Shown here: positions 1 to 9,301 of the stretch, piece by piece
Layout of the letters: each line of letters opens with the position of its first letter
How positions within the stretch are numbered: position 1 is the first letter of the stretch
Source of the DNA: an uncultured Anaerolinea sp.
GTDB taxonomy: Bacteria; Chloroflexota; Anaerolineae; Anaerolineales; Anaerolineaceae
Assembly: GCA_964564935.1 (NCBI GenBank)
Contig: CAZMCF010000008.1
Coordinates: 216-64,215 of the forward strand
Length of the DNA: 64,000 nt
Direction: 5' to 3'
Translations under genes and position numbers: made by a program
Notes under the pieces: generated by a model
Seen by the model: only the letters and a program-made list of their open reading frames with translations
Told to the model about the DNA's origin: nothing
Database searches by the model: none

Positions 1-1
1 G

Positions 2-139
2 GTCTGGCAGCGAAATTATTACGAACGCATCATACGAAATGATTTGGAGATGAGACGGATTCATGATTACATAATCGCCAATCCGGTAAATTGGTCTACT
101 GACCCCGACAATCTAGTAAGGGCGAAGCATCCGCGGTGA
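2..139 (+). mobile_element. 3' end of REP-associated tyrosine transposase (RAYT / Y1_Tnp, IS200/IS605 superfamily), truncated by window start
   Basis: Frame 2 reads VWQRNYYERIIRNDLEMRRIHDYIIANPVNWSTD...*, matching the RAYT C-terminal WQRxYxEHIIR...YIxxNP..W motif; not in ORF track. Confidence 0.85.
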
Positions 140-183
140 AGACGGAGGCAATTCTAGGTCAATCCGCGGATGCTTCGCCCTTA
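117..183. repeat. REP/REPIN-like perfect 20-bp inverted repeat
   Basis: TAAGGGCGAAGCATCCGCGG (117-136) and its exact reverse complement (164-183), 27-bp spacer, immediately at the RAYT stop. Confidence 0.8.
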
Positions 184-560
184 TGGGCGCATTCCGCGCA
201 CAGGCCGAACAGCACCAGGTGATTGGTGGCGATCTTGAAATCATGGCTGCGCTCGACCGCGTCGAAGAACGCCTGCACTTCCTCGTGCTCCAGGGTGATC
301 ACCCGCCGGCACACCTGGCAGACCAGGTGGTGGTGGATGCCCTCCTGCAGAATTTCATATACCGCCGCGCCGGTACCCATATCTGAGATCGAAATTACGC
401 CCGCATTTGCCATCCGTTCCAGCGCCCGGTAGACCGTCGAAGGATTGACTGCCGGCAGCTTGGCGCGGATGCGCTCGTAAATCTCGCTGGCGGTCAGGTG
501 GGCGGGGGCGTCCACCGTCAACGTCTCCAGGATCGCCGTCTGCACGGATGAAGCTCTCAT
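159..560 (-). CDS. Fur-family metalloregulator (Zur/Nur-like)
   Basis: HLTASEIY...STVYRAL wHTH, HHHLVCQVC and CAEC motifs; ATG at 560 (alternative GTG at 575). Confidence 0.9.
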   Translation of the reverse strand: MRASSVQTAILETLTVDAPAHLTASEIYERIRAKLPAVNPSTVYRALERMANAGVISISDMGTGAAVYEILQEGIHHHLVCQVCRRVITLEHEEVQAFFDAVERSHDFKIATNHLVLFGLCAECAHKGEASAD

Positions 561-576
561 GCCAATTCCTTTCACC

Positions 577-621
577 TTATAATTGCAAATTGTTGCAAAT
601 GCAAATCTTTGCCTTTATAAT
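577..621 (+). promoter_or_regulatory. sigma70-type promoter for the ECF operon overlapping a candidate Fur-family operator
   Basis: TTGCAA(593-598)-N17-TATAAT(616-621); dyad TTGCAA-N4-TTGCAA at 583-598; AT-rich stretch between divergent genes. Confidence 0.6.
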
Positions 622-714
622 TCATAGCATAAGTCTGTGCACATCTTATTCTATCAAACCTTCACAAAAACGAAGCTTTCCCGCTCGACCTGACCTCATC
701 TGACTGGAGGAGCC

Positions 715-1674
715 ATGCTGTTTTCACCCGAGCCCATGCACATCCCGGATGGTTTCCTCTCCCTACCGCTGGCGCTCGTCCTTTGGCTGATCTCGGCTGC
801 CTTTATCGCCGCTGCCCTGCGCCGGGTCGAACGCGACCTGGACGAGCGCGCCCTCCCGCTGATGGGCGTGCTGGCCGCGGCGATCTTTGCCGGACAGATG
901 CTCAACTTCGCCGTCGCCGGCGGCACCTCCGGTCACCTGATCGGCGCGGCTCTGGCGACCGTCCTGCTTGGACCCTGGCCGGCCATGCTGGTGATGACCA
1001 GCGTGGTTGTCGTCCAGGCTCTGATCTTCCAGGACGGCGGACTGCTGGCCCTGGGCGCAAACATGTTCAACATGGCCGTGATTGGCGTTCTGGTTGCCTA
1101 CGCCGTTCAGCGACTGTTCCAGCATCTGGCCGGCGGGAAACGCTGGGCGCTCGTCGCCGGCGGATTCGCCGCCGCCTGGAGCTCCACCGTGGCCGCGGCC
1201 CTCGCCTGCGGCTTGCAGCTGGCCATCTCCGGGCTTTCCCCGGCCAACCTGGCTGTGCCGGCCATGGGCGCCGTCCACGTCTTGATCGGGATCGGCGAAG
1301 GGCTGATCACTGCTGGCGCGCTGGCCTTCCTCTCCGCTGCCCGCCGCGACCTCGTCGCCGCTCCGCCGGGCAGTCAGAGGGCCGACCGCCCGGTCTGGGT
1401 CGGGGGGATGCTGCTGGCTTTCGGGCTGGCGGTCGCCTCGCCGCTGGCTTCCACCCACCCCGACGGGCTGGAGTGGGTGGCCGAACGGCAGCGTTTCCTC
1501 GCCGCTGCCCGCTCGCCGCTCTATCAGTTGATCCCGGATTATCTCCTGCCGGGGATTGAAAACGAAGCCCTGGCGACCATCCTGGCCGGGGTGATCGGCC
1601 TGCTGCTGGTCGCGGCTGTCAGCCTGCTCCTCGCCCGCGGCCGCCGCCGGGCCGGAAAAACCGGTCAGGCGTGA
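715..1674 (+). CDS. cbiM: Ni/Co ECF transporter S component, CbiM/NikM fused to a PDGLE (NikN-like) domain
   Basis: MHIPDGFL, GTSGHLIG, QALIFQDGG motifs; C-terminal PDGLEW. Confidence 0.9.
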   Translation: MLFSPEPMHIPDGFLSLPLALVLWLISAAFIAAALRRVERDLDERALPLMGVLAAAIFAGQMLNFAVAGGTSGHLIGAALATVLLGPWPAMLVMTSVVVVQALIFQDGGLLALGANMFNMAVIGVLVAYAVQRLFQHLAGGKRWALVAGGFAAAWSSTVAAALACGLQLAISGLSPANLAVPAMGAVHVLIGIGEGLITAGALAFLSAARRDLVAAPPGSQRADRPVWVGGMLLAFGLAVASPLASTHPDGLEWVAERQRFLAAARSPLYQLIPDYLLPGIENEALATILAGVIGLLLVAAVSLLLARGRRRAGKTGQA

Positions 1675-2477
1675 GCTCCATTAATCTCGACCCCTACCGC
1701 CAGGGGGCCAGCCTCCTCCACCGGGCGGATGCCCGCCTGAAACTGCTCCTGACGATTGGGTTCATTCTTACCGTTGCCCTGCTGCCCGACGGCGCCTGGG
1801 CAGTTTTGCTGATCCTGCTCTCGCTGGCGCTCAGCGCGGGGCTTATCGCGCGGGTTGGCTTGACCCGCCTGCTGTGCCGCTCGCTGCTGGCCCTGCCCTT
1901 CCTGCTGGCGGCTTTGCCGGTCCTCTTCAGCCTGCCCGGCCAGCCTTTGTTCCGTTTTTCGTTATTGGGCAGCGAGCTTACCCTCAGCCAGCCCGGTCTG
2001 GAACGCTTTTTGACCATTGCGCTCAAATCCTGGCTCTCCATCCTGGCCGCGCTGATCTTCACCGCCACGACGCCCGTCCCGCGCGTGCTGGAAGCGATGC
2101 GCATGCTGCGCGTTCCGCGCCTGCTGGTGGCGGTGATCGGCCTGATGGCGCGCTATCTGACTGTGATGGTCGATGCCGCCGGGCGGCTACTTCGCGCCCG
2201 CGATTCGCGCAGCGCTGCTCCTCCGCGCCCCGGGCTGCGCGGCGGAGGACGCCTGGCCTGGCGCGCCCGGGTTGCCGGCGGGATGGCCGGCAGCCTCCTG
2301 CTGCGCTCCATCGAGCGCAGCGAACGGGTCTACGCAGCCATGCTCTCGCGGGGCTACGACGGCGAGGTGCGCAGCCAGCCCTCCAGATCGCTGGATGCCG
2401 GCGCCTGGCTGGCTCTGATCAGCGGGTTGACGCTCTACGCCGGTCTTGTTCTGCTTGCCTGGCTGATTGCCGGCTGA
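1671..2477 (+). CDS. cbiQ: ECF transporter T component CbiQ/NikQ
   Basis: LHRADARLK start, hydrophobic segments, RSIERSERVYAAMLSRGY motif. Confidence 0.9.
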   Translation: MSSINLDPYRQGASLLHRADARLKLLLTIGFILTVALLPDGAWAVLLILLSLALSAGLIARVGLTRLLCRSLLALPFLLAALPVLFSLPGQPLFRFSLLGSELTLSQPGLERFLTIALKSWLSILAALIFTATTPVPRVLEAMRMLRVPRLLVAVIGLMARYLTVMVDAAGRLLRARDSRSAAPPRPGLRGGGRLAWRARVAGGMAGSLLLRSIERSERVYAAMLSRGYDGEVRSQPSRSLDAGAWLALISGLTLYAGLVLLAWLIAG

Positions 2478-2486
2478 GGAGTCCCT

Positions 2487-3191
2487 GTGGAGCCCGCAAT
2501 CGAGATCGCCAACCTCTCCTTCACTTACCCGGACGGACAGCCAGCCCTGAGGGATGTCTCGCTGCGGATCATGCCCGGCGAGCGCCTGGCCCTGGTTGGG
2601 CCGAACGGTGCGGGCAAGTCCACCCTGCTGCTCCATCTCAACGGCATCCTGCGCGGGGAGGGCCAGGTTTGTATCTGCGGGCTGCCTTGCAGCAGAGAAA
2701 ATTTCAAGCGCATCCGCGCCCTGGTCGGTCTGTTGTTCCAGTCGCCGGATGACCAGCTCTTTTCACCGACTGTCTATGAAGATGTCGCCTACGGTCCGAT
2801 CTATCAAGGTTTGCCCGAGGGCGAAGTGTCCGAACGGGTCGAGTCTGCGCTGGGTGCGGTCGGCATGACGGCGGCCGCGCAGCGGATGCCCTACCACCTC
2901 AGCCTGGGGGAGAAGAAACGCATCGCCCTGGCCAGCGTGCTCGCCATGCAGCCGCGGATTCTGGCATTCGACGAGCCCTCCGCCGGTCTGGATCCGCGCG
3001 GCAGGCGCGAGCTGATCGAGCTGCTCGTTTCTCTGCCGCAGACCTTGCTGGTCGCTGCGCATGACCTGGCCCTGGTCCGCGCTGCCACGACCCGCACGGT
3101 GATCCTCGACGGCGGGCGGGTGGTAGCCGACGGACCGACCGAGGAAATTCTGGCGGATGAAACCCTGCTGGAAGCCCACGGGCTGCGCTAG
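2487..3191 (+). CDS. cbiO: ECF transporter ATPase CbiO/NikO
   Basis: Walker A GPNGAGKST, FQSPDDQLF, LSLGEKKR, DEPSAGLDP. Confidence 0.9.
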   Translation: MEPAIEIANLSFTYPDGQPALRDVSLRIMPGERLALVGPNGAGKSTLLLHLNGILRGEGQVCICGLPCSRENFKRIRALVGLLFQSPDDQLFSPTVYEDVAYGPIYQGLPEGEVSERVESALGAVGMTAAAQRMPYHLSLGEKKRIALASVLAMQPRILAFDEPSAGLDPRGRRELIELLVSLPQTLLVAAHDLALVRAATTRTVILDGGRVVADGPTEEILADETLLEAHGLR

Positions 3192-3279
3192 ATGGCGCGA
3201 TCCTTGCATATTTGTAGGGTGGTTGTAAAGATCGCGGCGGTTTAATCCGATCTGATCTGGCTATACTGAGGATATCCTG

Positions 3280-4053
3280 ATGAGCCGCTCGCCTGGACAG
3301 GACGGTTGGCGTCCCTGCCCTGCAGCGGCCGGAGGCTGGCGCTTGCAACGCGACTGGGTTCAATATAATTCGATCAACCGCCTGACGGTTCTGCTGCTGA
3401 TCATGCTGGCCTTCAGCGGGCTGGTGTTCCTCCTGCTCGCCCCCGAGCGGCTGGCGATCCGCGGGATCCAGCGCCTGGCTATTTCGCTGCATTCCCAGCT
3501 TCAGGCTGATTACAGCCCCGACCTGCATGCCATCCCCCTTCCGCCGGTCGACCTTTCCCTGGTCAGCGAAGCCCTCGAGGACCGCAATAATATCTCCACC
3601 CCGCCGGATATCTTCAGCATTCTGAACACCCCGGTACCGCTCGTCACGCCCCTGCCGGCGGCAGTCCTGCCAACTTTCGTCCTCTTTCCGACCATTCCTG
3701 GCCCTGGGCCGTCGGCTACCGTCAGTCCCAACCCACCCGGCGTTACTCCGACCATAACGCTCTCCCCAACCAGGTCGGTTACTCCTACCGGAACCCCGAT
3801 CCCGACCACGACCAACACGCCGACCAGCCCCGCCAATCCCCCCACTCCTTCACCCACCACGCTGCCGACTGTCACGTCAACCCCGCCGACGCCGCCAACT
3901 GCTACGGGAGCGGGTTATCCAGCCCAACCGACCGCCACCCTGCAGCCTACATCGACATCGACGTACCCAATCAATACGCCAAATCCCGGTCAATCACCAA
4001 CGACCGAACCAACGGCAACCCCGATAACACCGGAACCGACCGCTTACCCGTAA
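3280..4053 (+). CDS. Membrane-anchored Pro/Thr-rich hypothetical protein (start uncertain)
   Basis: One N-terminal TM segment followed by a long PT-rich low-complexity tail. Confidence 0.65.
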   Translation: MSRSPGQDGWRPCPAAAGGWRLQRDWVQYNSINRLTVLLLIMLAFSGLVFLLLAPERLAIRGIQRLAISLHSQLQADYSPDLHAIPLPPVDLSLVSEALEDRNNISTPPDIFSILNTPVPLVTPLPAAVLPTFVLFPTIPGPGPSATVSPNPPGVTPTITLSPTRSVTPTGTPIPTTTNTPTSPANPPTPSPTTLPTVTSTPPTPPTATGAGYPAQPTATLQPTSTSTYPINTPNPGQSPTTEPTATPITPEPTAYP

Positions 4054-4104
4054 ATAAACACCACAGAACGAAAAGCAGATTGGTTTAGCGCTTATAATTT
4101 ACTC

Positions 4105-6042
4105 ATGCCCGCCGATCCGGTTGACCTCGCCTGGCACTTCCTCTCCGCCTTGATCGTCCTGGCATTGCCCGGAGCGGCCTGGCTGGCCTGGCTCCCCGGG
4201 GGCAAAGCCGATTTCTTTGAGCGCCTGGCCGACGCGGTCGGCCTTTCCATCGCCCTGACCGCGCTGTTCGGCCTGGCGGCGTTTTACCTCGACTTATCCT
4301 GGGTGGGCGAGGGGGTTCTCACCTGGACCGCTCTGGCCCTGCTGGTCGTCTTCCTGCTCGGGCTGCTGTTCCGCCTTCCCTCGCGCTCCGATGTCCTACG
4401 CCCGCGCCGCTGGCTGCGTCTGGCCGGCAGCCTGCTCGGACTGCTTCTCCTCATCGCCCTGGTTATCTGGCGGCTGGTTCAGGCCCGCAGCCTGACCCTG
4501 CCCGCCTGGGTCGATTCGGTCCATCACACCCTGATCGTCCGCCTGATTCTGGAAAGGGGCGGGCTGCCCGCCGCGCTTGACCCCTATATTCCTGTAAAAT
4601 TTTCTTATCACTACGGCTTTCACCTGATTGCAGCCCTCTTTTCACTCTGGTCGCGCAGCCTGCCGCAGGAAACCTTGCTCTGGCTCGGGCAGGTGATCAA
4701 CGCCCTCGTTGCGCTCTCGGTCTATCGACTGGGCAAGGCGCTCTGGCAGGATACCCGCCCGGCAGTATTGGCGGCTCTGCTGGTCGGCTTTGCCTTCCAC
4801 ATGCCGGCTTATTACCTGACCTGGGGGCGCTACACCCTGCTCACCGGATTGGTCGTCCTGCCCCTGGCGATGGCTGCCGCTGTCCAGGTTTCGAAAGGCT
4901 CGACCCGCGCCGGCGACTGGCTGCGCCTGGTTCTCTTGACCGCCGGAGTGGCTCTCTCGCATATCACCGCCCTACTTCTGCTCGGTTTATTCATGGCTCT
5001 GCTCCTGACATTCGGCCTGCTTACCCGGCTGGCCGGGCGCCGGCGGTCGCGCCCCCGGCCGGCTGGCAAAGAACCTGAACTTTTTCCCGAAGAGGCGACC
5101 GCGCATAGGCCCCTTCTGGACGGACTCTGGCAGCCTGCCTCGGCGGCGCTGCTCGGACTGGCGCTGGCGGCGCCCTGGCTGATCCGCGTCTGGGAGCAGT
5201 CGGGCCCGCAGGCCAACCTACGGGTGATCTCGCCGCTGGATGCCAGCCAGCTATCCTACGGCGAATACATCCTCTATCTGCTTGGTCCGCGCCACAACGA
5301 AATTCTTCTCATCTTAGCCGGGGCAGGGCTGATCGCTGCCCTGTTCAAGCGCTCAGCCCGCCTTCTGGCCGGCTGGGCGCTGCTGCTGGCCCTGCTCACC
5401 CTGCCCTGGGGAGTGCGCCTGGATCCATTCCGCCCCGATCACATGGCAATCGTGCTCTTCCTACCCGCCGCCCTGTTGATTGGCGATCTGGTTGACAGCG
5501 GACTGGGGCTGCTCGCCCGTCTGCGACTGGCCTGGCTGCGCCTGACCCTGCAGGGCGTGCTGACTCTGGCTCTGCTTGCCTTGACTGGCTGGGGCGCCTG
5601 GAACACCCGCGACGTGCTCAACCCCGTTACGATTTTCACCGACGCCGCCGACGTTGAGGCAATTACCTGGGTGGAAAGCAACACGCCCAAAGACGCCCGG
5701 TTTTTGATCAATACAGCTCTGTGGATGGGTTCCATCTACCGCGGAGTGGATGGGGGGTATTGGCTGCAGCCCGCCGCCGGACGGGATACGCTTTTGCCGC
5801 CGGTGTTTTACGCATACGGGAGCAAAGAATATGTGGAAAAGATCAACAACTGGGCGGAGCGCGCCAGCCGGCTGACTGCCTGCGACGCAGATTTCTGGTC
5901 GCTGGTCGAAGAGGCGGGAGCTACTTTCTTATACGTTCATCAAGGTCAGGGCAGCCTCCAGCCGGATTCCCTGGTAAATTGCCCGGGTCTGGTGCCTGTT
6001 TATCGCCGGGATGGGGTGTACATTTACGAGATTAATAAGTAG
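4105..6042 (+). CDS. Polytopic membrane protein, probable GT-C-fold glycosyltransferase (DUF6541-like)
   Basis: Many TM helices, WVDSVHH and YHYGFH loop motifs, soluble C-terminal domain (AITWVESNTPKDARFLIN). Confidence 0.6.
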   Translation: MPADPVDLAWHFLSALIVLALPGAAWLAWLPGGKADFFERLADAVGLSIALTALFGLAAFYLDLSWVGEGVLTWTALALLVVFLLGLLFRLPSRSDVLRPRRWLRLAGSLLGLLLLIALVIWRLVQARSLTLPAWVDSVHHTLIVRLILERGGLPAALDPYIPVKFSYHYGFHLIAALFSLWSRSLPQETLLWLGQVINALVALSVYRLGKALWQDTRPAVLAALLVGFAFHMPAYYLTWGRYTLLTGLVVLPLAMAAAVQVSKGSTRAGDWLRLVLLTAGVALSHITALLLLGLFMALLLTFGLLTRLAGRRRSRPRPAGKEPELFPEEATAHRPLLDGLWQPASAALLGLALAAPWLIRVWEQSGPQANLRVISPLDASQLSYGEYILYLLGPRHNEILLILAGAGLIAALFKRSARLLAGWALLLALLTLPWGVRLDPFRPDHMAIVLFLPAALLIGDLVDSGLGLLARLRLAWLRLTLQGVLTLALLALTGWGAWNTRDVLNPVTIFTDAADVEAITWVESNTPKDARFLINTALWMGSIYRGVDGGYWLQPAAGRDTLLPPVFYAYGSKEYVEKINNWAERASRLTACDADFWSLVEEAGATFLYVHQGQGSLQPDSLVNCPGLVPVYRRDGVYIYEINK

Positions 6043-6086
6043 AATAGGCATCATTTATTGGTACGGTCGATTACCGGCCTGGGGCC

Positions 6087-6124
6087 TTGTGAAATTTGCC
6101 ACCAGCCGTTCCCTGTGTTATACT
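6087..6124 (+). promoter_or_regulatory. nuo promoter with overlapping Rex-like site
   Basis: TTGCCA(6096-6101)-N17-TATACT(6119-6124) with TGn extension; TTGTGAAATTTGCCACCA at 6087-6104. Confidence 0.55.
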
Positions 6125-6167
6125 AGCGACAATTTAGACCATCTAAGTTGACTTTGGAAGGTTAGCG

Positions 6168-6524
6168 ATGATCGAGCAGTACTTGCCCCTGATAACCATC
6201 CTGGCCCTGGCGGTATTTGTCGGCTTCTTCGTCATCGCCCTCGGCACCATGTTTGGACCGCGCCGCCCGACCACGCGCAAAGCCGCGCCTTACGAATCGG
6301 GCATGGTGCCCTACGGCTCGGGCCGCCGCCGTGTCTCCGTCCGCTATTACCTGATCGCCGTGCTCTTCATCCTTTTCGACATTGAAGTGATCTTCGTGGT
6401 CGCTTGGGCAGTGGTCGTCCGCCGGTTAGGGGCGCTTGGCTTGATCGGTATGCTCATCTTTCTCGCAATTTTAGAGGTAGCTCACCTGTACGCGTGGAAG
6501 AAAGGAGCTCTGGAATGGGATTAG
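6168..6524 (+). CDS. nuoA: NADH-quinone oxidoreductase subunit A
   Basis: PYESG, FILFDIE, KKGALEW motifs. Confidence 0.95.
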   Translation: MIEQYLPLITILALAVFVGFFVIALGTMFGPRRPTTRKAAPYESGMVPYGSGRRRVSVRYYLIAVLFILFDIEVIFVVAWAVVVRRLGALGLIGMLIFLAILEVAHLYAWKKGALEWD

Positions 6525-6997
6525 AACAAAAAACCGGAAATATGGGTGTGGTCACCACCACCCTTGAACAGGTCATCAACTGGTCGCGCACCTATTCGAT
6601 GTGGCCGATGCTTTTCGGTCTGGCCTGCTGCGCGATCGAGATGATGGCGGCGCAGGCCTCGAACTATGACATGAGCCGTTTCGGCATGGAATTGATGCGG
6701 CCCAGCCCGCGCCAGTCGGATTTGATGATCGTCGCCGGGCGGGTGTCCCGCAAAATGGCTCCCGTCCTGCGCAAGCTCTACGACCAGATGCCTGATCCGA
6801 AATGGGTGATCGCCATGGGCGACTGCGCTTCCTGCGGCGGCGTGTTCAACAATTACGCCATCGTTCAGGGGGTGGACGAGGTGGTGCCGGTCGACATCTA
6901 CGTGTCCGGCTGCCCGCCGCGCCCCGAGGGGCTGCTTCACGGGGTAATGACCCTTCACGAGAAGATCAAGCGCGAAAAATTGAAGGATTGGAATTAA
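6515..6997 (+). CDS. nuoB: NADH-quinone oxidoreductase subunit B
   Basis: [25 protein letters not shown] 6515 after AAAGGAG. Confidence 0.95.
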   Translation: MGLEQKTGNMGVVTTTLEQVINWSRTYSMWPMLFGLACCAIEMMAAQASNYDMSRFGMELMRPSPRQSDLMIVAGRVSRKMAPVLRKLYDQMPDPKWVIAMGDCASCGGVFNNYAIVQGVDEVVPVDIYVSGCPPRPEGLLHGVMTLHEKIKREKLKDWN

Positions 6998-7023
6998 TCC
7001 CGGCCTGCGGAGCAAAATAGCTT

Positions 7024-7536
7024 ATGAACGATCATTTGACCAAGGCTGTAGACGCGATCCAGACCCGTTTTGGAGCTGACGTTCACCACTACGCTGGCGA
7101 AGCGACTTTGATCGTCGGACCGGAGCACATTCTTGAGGTTGCCCAGACCCTCCGCGATGAATTTCAATTCGAGATGCTGGTCGATGAGACCGCGGTCGAC
7201 TACTGGCCGCAGCAGGAACCCCGTTTCCATGTCGTCTACCAGCTCTACTCGCTCAGTCATAACACCCTGCTCCGCCTGCGCGTCCCGCTCGTCGGCAACG
7301 CTCCTCACATCGAAACGATGGAAAAGGTCTATCCCGTCGCCAACTGGAAGGAGCGCGAAATATGGGATATGTTCGGCATCCATTTCGACGGACATTCCGA
7401 CCTGCGCCGCATCCTCATGCCGCACGACTGGCAGGGGCATCCCCTGCGCAAGGACTACCCCCTTGGCTATGAGGAAGTCCAGTTCACTTTCAACCAGCAG
7501 GCGGTTGATCAGCGTAAACCCTACGCTCAAGAGTAA
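7024..7536 (+). CDS. nuoC: NADH-quinone oxidoreductase subunit C
   Basis: EREIWDMFGI, GHPLRKDYPL. Confidence 0.95.
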   Translation: MNDHLTKAVDAIQTRFGADVHHYAGEATLIVGPEHILEVAQTLRDEFQFEMLVDETAVDYWPQQEPRFHVVYQLYSLSHNTLLRLRVPLVGNAPHIETMEKVYPVANWKEREIWDMFGIHFDGHSDLRRILMPHDWQGHPLRKDYPLGYEEVQFTFNQQAVDQRKPYAQE

Positions 7537-7553
7537 CCTCCGGAGGTCCGCGC

Positions 7554-8783
7554 ATGCCCGACATTCGTGAAGTATCCGTAGACGAGCTCCGTCATCTGGT
7601 CAGCGACCGGGCGATGACCGGCGAAACCATGCTGCTCAACATGGGTCCGCAGCATCCCAGCACCCACGGCGTGCTGCGCCTGCTGCTGGAGCTGGATGGC
7701 GAGATCGTCCTCAACTGCATCCCCGATATCGGCTTTCTCCACACGGGCGTCGAAAAGAACATGGAGGCCAAGACCTACCAGAAGGCGGAGGTGATGACCG
7801 ACCGCCTGGATTATCTCAACCCGCTGGGCAACAACCTGGTCTTCTGCCTGGCGGTTGAAAAACTGGTGGGTCTGGACGTGCCGGAGCGCGCGCAGGCGTT
7901 GCGGGTGATCCTGGCGGAGCTCCAGCGCATATCCTCCCATCTGGTCTGGATCGGCACCAGCTCGCTCGACCTGGCTGCCATGTCAGTCTTTCTCTACGCC
8001 ATGCGCGAACGCGAGATGATCCTGAACATCTTCGAAATGGTCTCCGGTCAGCGGATGATGACCACGTACATCCGTCCCGGCGGGCTGTGGCGCGACGTAC
8101 CCCCGGATTTCGAGCCGGCCGTGCGCGAGATTCTCGAGATCATCCCGCGGCGGGTAGATGAGTACGAGCGCATTCTCACCACCAACGAATTATTCATCGA
8201 CCGCACCCAGGGGATTGGGGTGATCAACACCGAGCAGTGCCTGCAATACGCACTGACCGGGCCGGTCATCCGCGCCACCGGCCTGGCTCACGACCTGCGT
8301 AAGGTCCGCCCTTACAGCGGCTATGAGCAGTATACCTTCACCGTGCCCACTCAGACCACCGGAGACGTCTACGGCCGTTACCTGGTGCGGGTCGAGGAGA
8401 TGCGCCAGTCGGTCAAGATCATCCGCCAGGCGCTGGATAAGCTTCCTGGCGGGCCGGTGCGCAGCAATAACCGCAAGTTTGTCCCCCCGCCGCGCTCGGA
8501 GATCGGGGTGAGCATGGAGGCGCTGATCCATCACTTCAAGCTGTGGACCGAGGGTTTCCTCGCGCCGGCCGAATACGTCTATGCCGCCATTGAAAGCCCG
8601 CGCGGCGAGCTTGGCGTCTACCTGGAGGGCGACGGCGGTCCCAAACCCTACCGGATCCACTACAACACGCCCTCCTTCGCCAATCTTCAGGCCATGCCGA
8701 TCATGACCCGCAACCACTTCATCGCTGACGTGGTCGGGATCATCGGCAGCATTGATATCGTTTTGGGAGATGCCGACCGTTGA
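7554..8783 (+). CDS. nuoD: NADH-quinone oxidoreductase subunit D
   Basis: NMGPQHPSTHGVLRL, DRLDY, ESPRGE, DIVLGDADR. Confidence 0.95.
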   Translation: MPDIREVSVDELRHLVSDRAMTGETMLLNMGPQHPSTHGVLRLLLELDGEIVLNCIPDIGFLHTGVEKNMEAKTYQKAEVMTDRLDYLNPLGNNLVFCLAVEKLVGLDVPERAQALRVILAELQRISSHLVWIGTSSLDLAAMSVFLYAMREREMILNIFEMVSGQRMMTTYIRPGGLWRDVPPDFEPAVREILEIIPRRVDEYERILTTNELFIDRTQGIGVINTEQCLQYALTGPVIRATGLAHDLRKVRPYSGYEQYTFTVPTQTTGDVYGRYLVRVEEMRQSVKIIRQALDKLPGGPVRSNNRKFVPPPRSEIGVSMEALIHHFKLWTEGFLAPAEYVYAAIESPRGELGVYLEGDGGPKPYRIHYNTPSFANLQAMPIMTRNHFIADVVGIIGSIDIVLGDADR

Positions 8784-9301
8784 ACGCCTTACTCGCTCAA
8801 TACCCTGACGAGATCGCTAAAATTCTGGCCAATTATCCCCCCGAGCAGAAACGCTCGGCGGTGATGCCGCTGCTCCATCTGGCCCAGCGCGAAGCCGCTT
8901 ACGTCAGCGCCCAGGCGCTCAAGGATATCGCTGAGATTTGCGAGATTTCGATCACCGAAGTGGCCTCGATCGTCGGTTTCTACAGCCTGTATTACGACCG
9001 GCCGCAGGGGCGCTACCACATTCAGGTTTGCACCGACCTGCCCTGCGCGCTGCGCGGCGCAGACCAATTCCTGGCCGGGCTGTGCGAACGGCTGGGGATG
9101 AAAGTCGGCGAGCCCTCGCCAGACGGGCTGTTTGTCATCGAAGAGGTCAAATGCCTGGCGGCCTGCCACCGCGCCCCGATGTTCCAGGTCCAGAGCGGCA
9201 GCGGCATCCACTACCATGAAAATCAGACGGTTGAAACTGCGCTTGCGGTGATCGAAGCCCTCCGCCAGCAGGCCCTCCAGGAGAAGGAGGTCCAGCCGTG
9301 A
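8780..9301 (+). CDS. nuoE: NADH-quinone oxidoreductase subunit E
   Basis: CTDLPC...CLAAC [2Fe-2S] motif, RSAVMPLL. Confidence 0.93.
   Translation: MNALLAQYPDEIAKILANYPPEQKRSAVMPLLHLAQREAAYVSAQALKDIAEICEISITEVASIVGFYSLYYDRPQGRYHIQVCTDLPCALRGADQFLAGLCERLGMKVGEPSPDGLFVIEEVKCLAACHRAPMFQVQSGSGIHYHENQTVETALAVIEALRQQALQEKEVQP

Noticed and set aside
3204..3230. TTGTA direct repeats at an 11-bp period upstream of the PT-rich gene
   Set aside because: Too short to distinguish from chance
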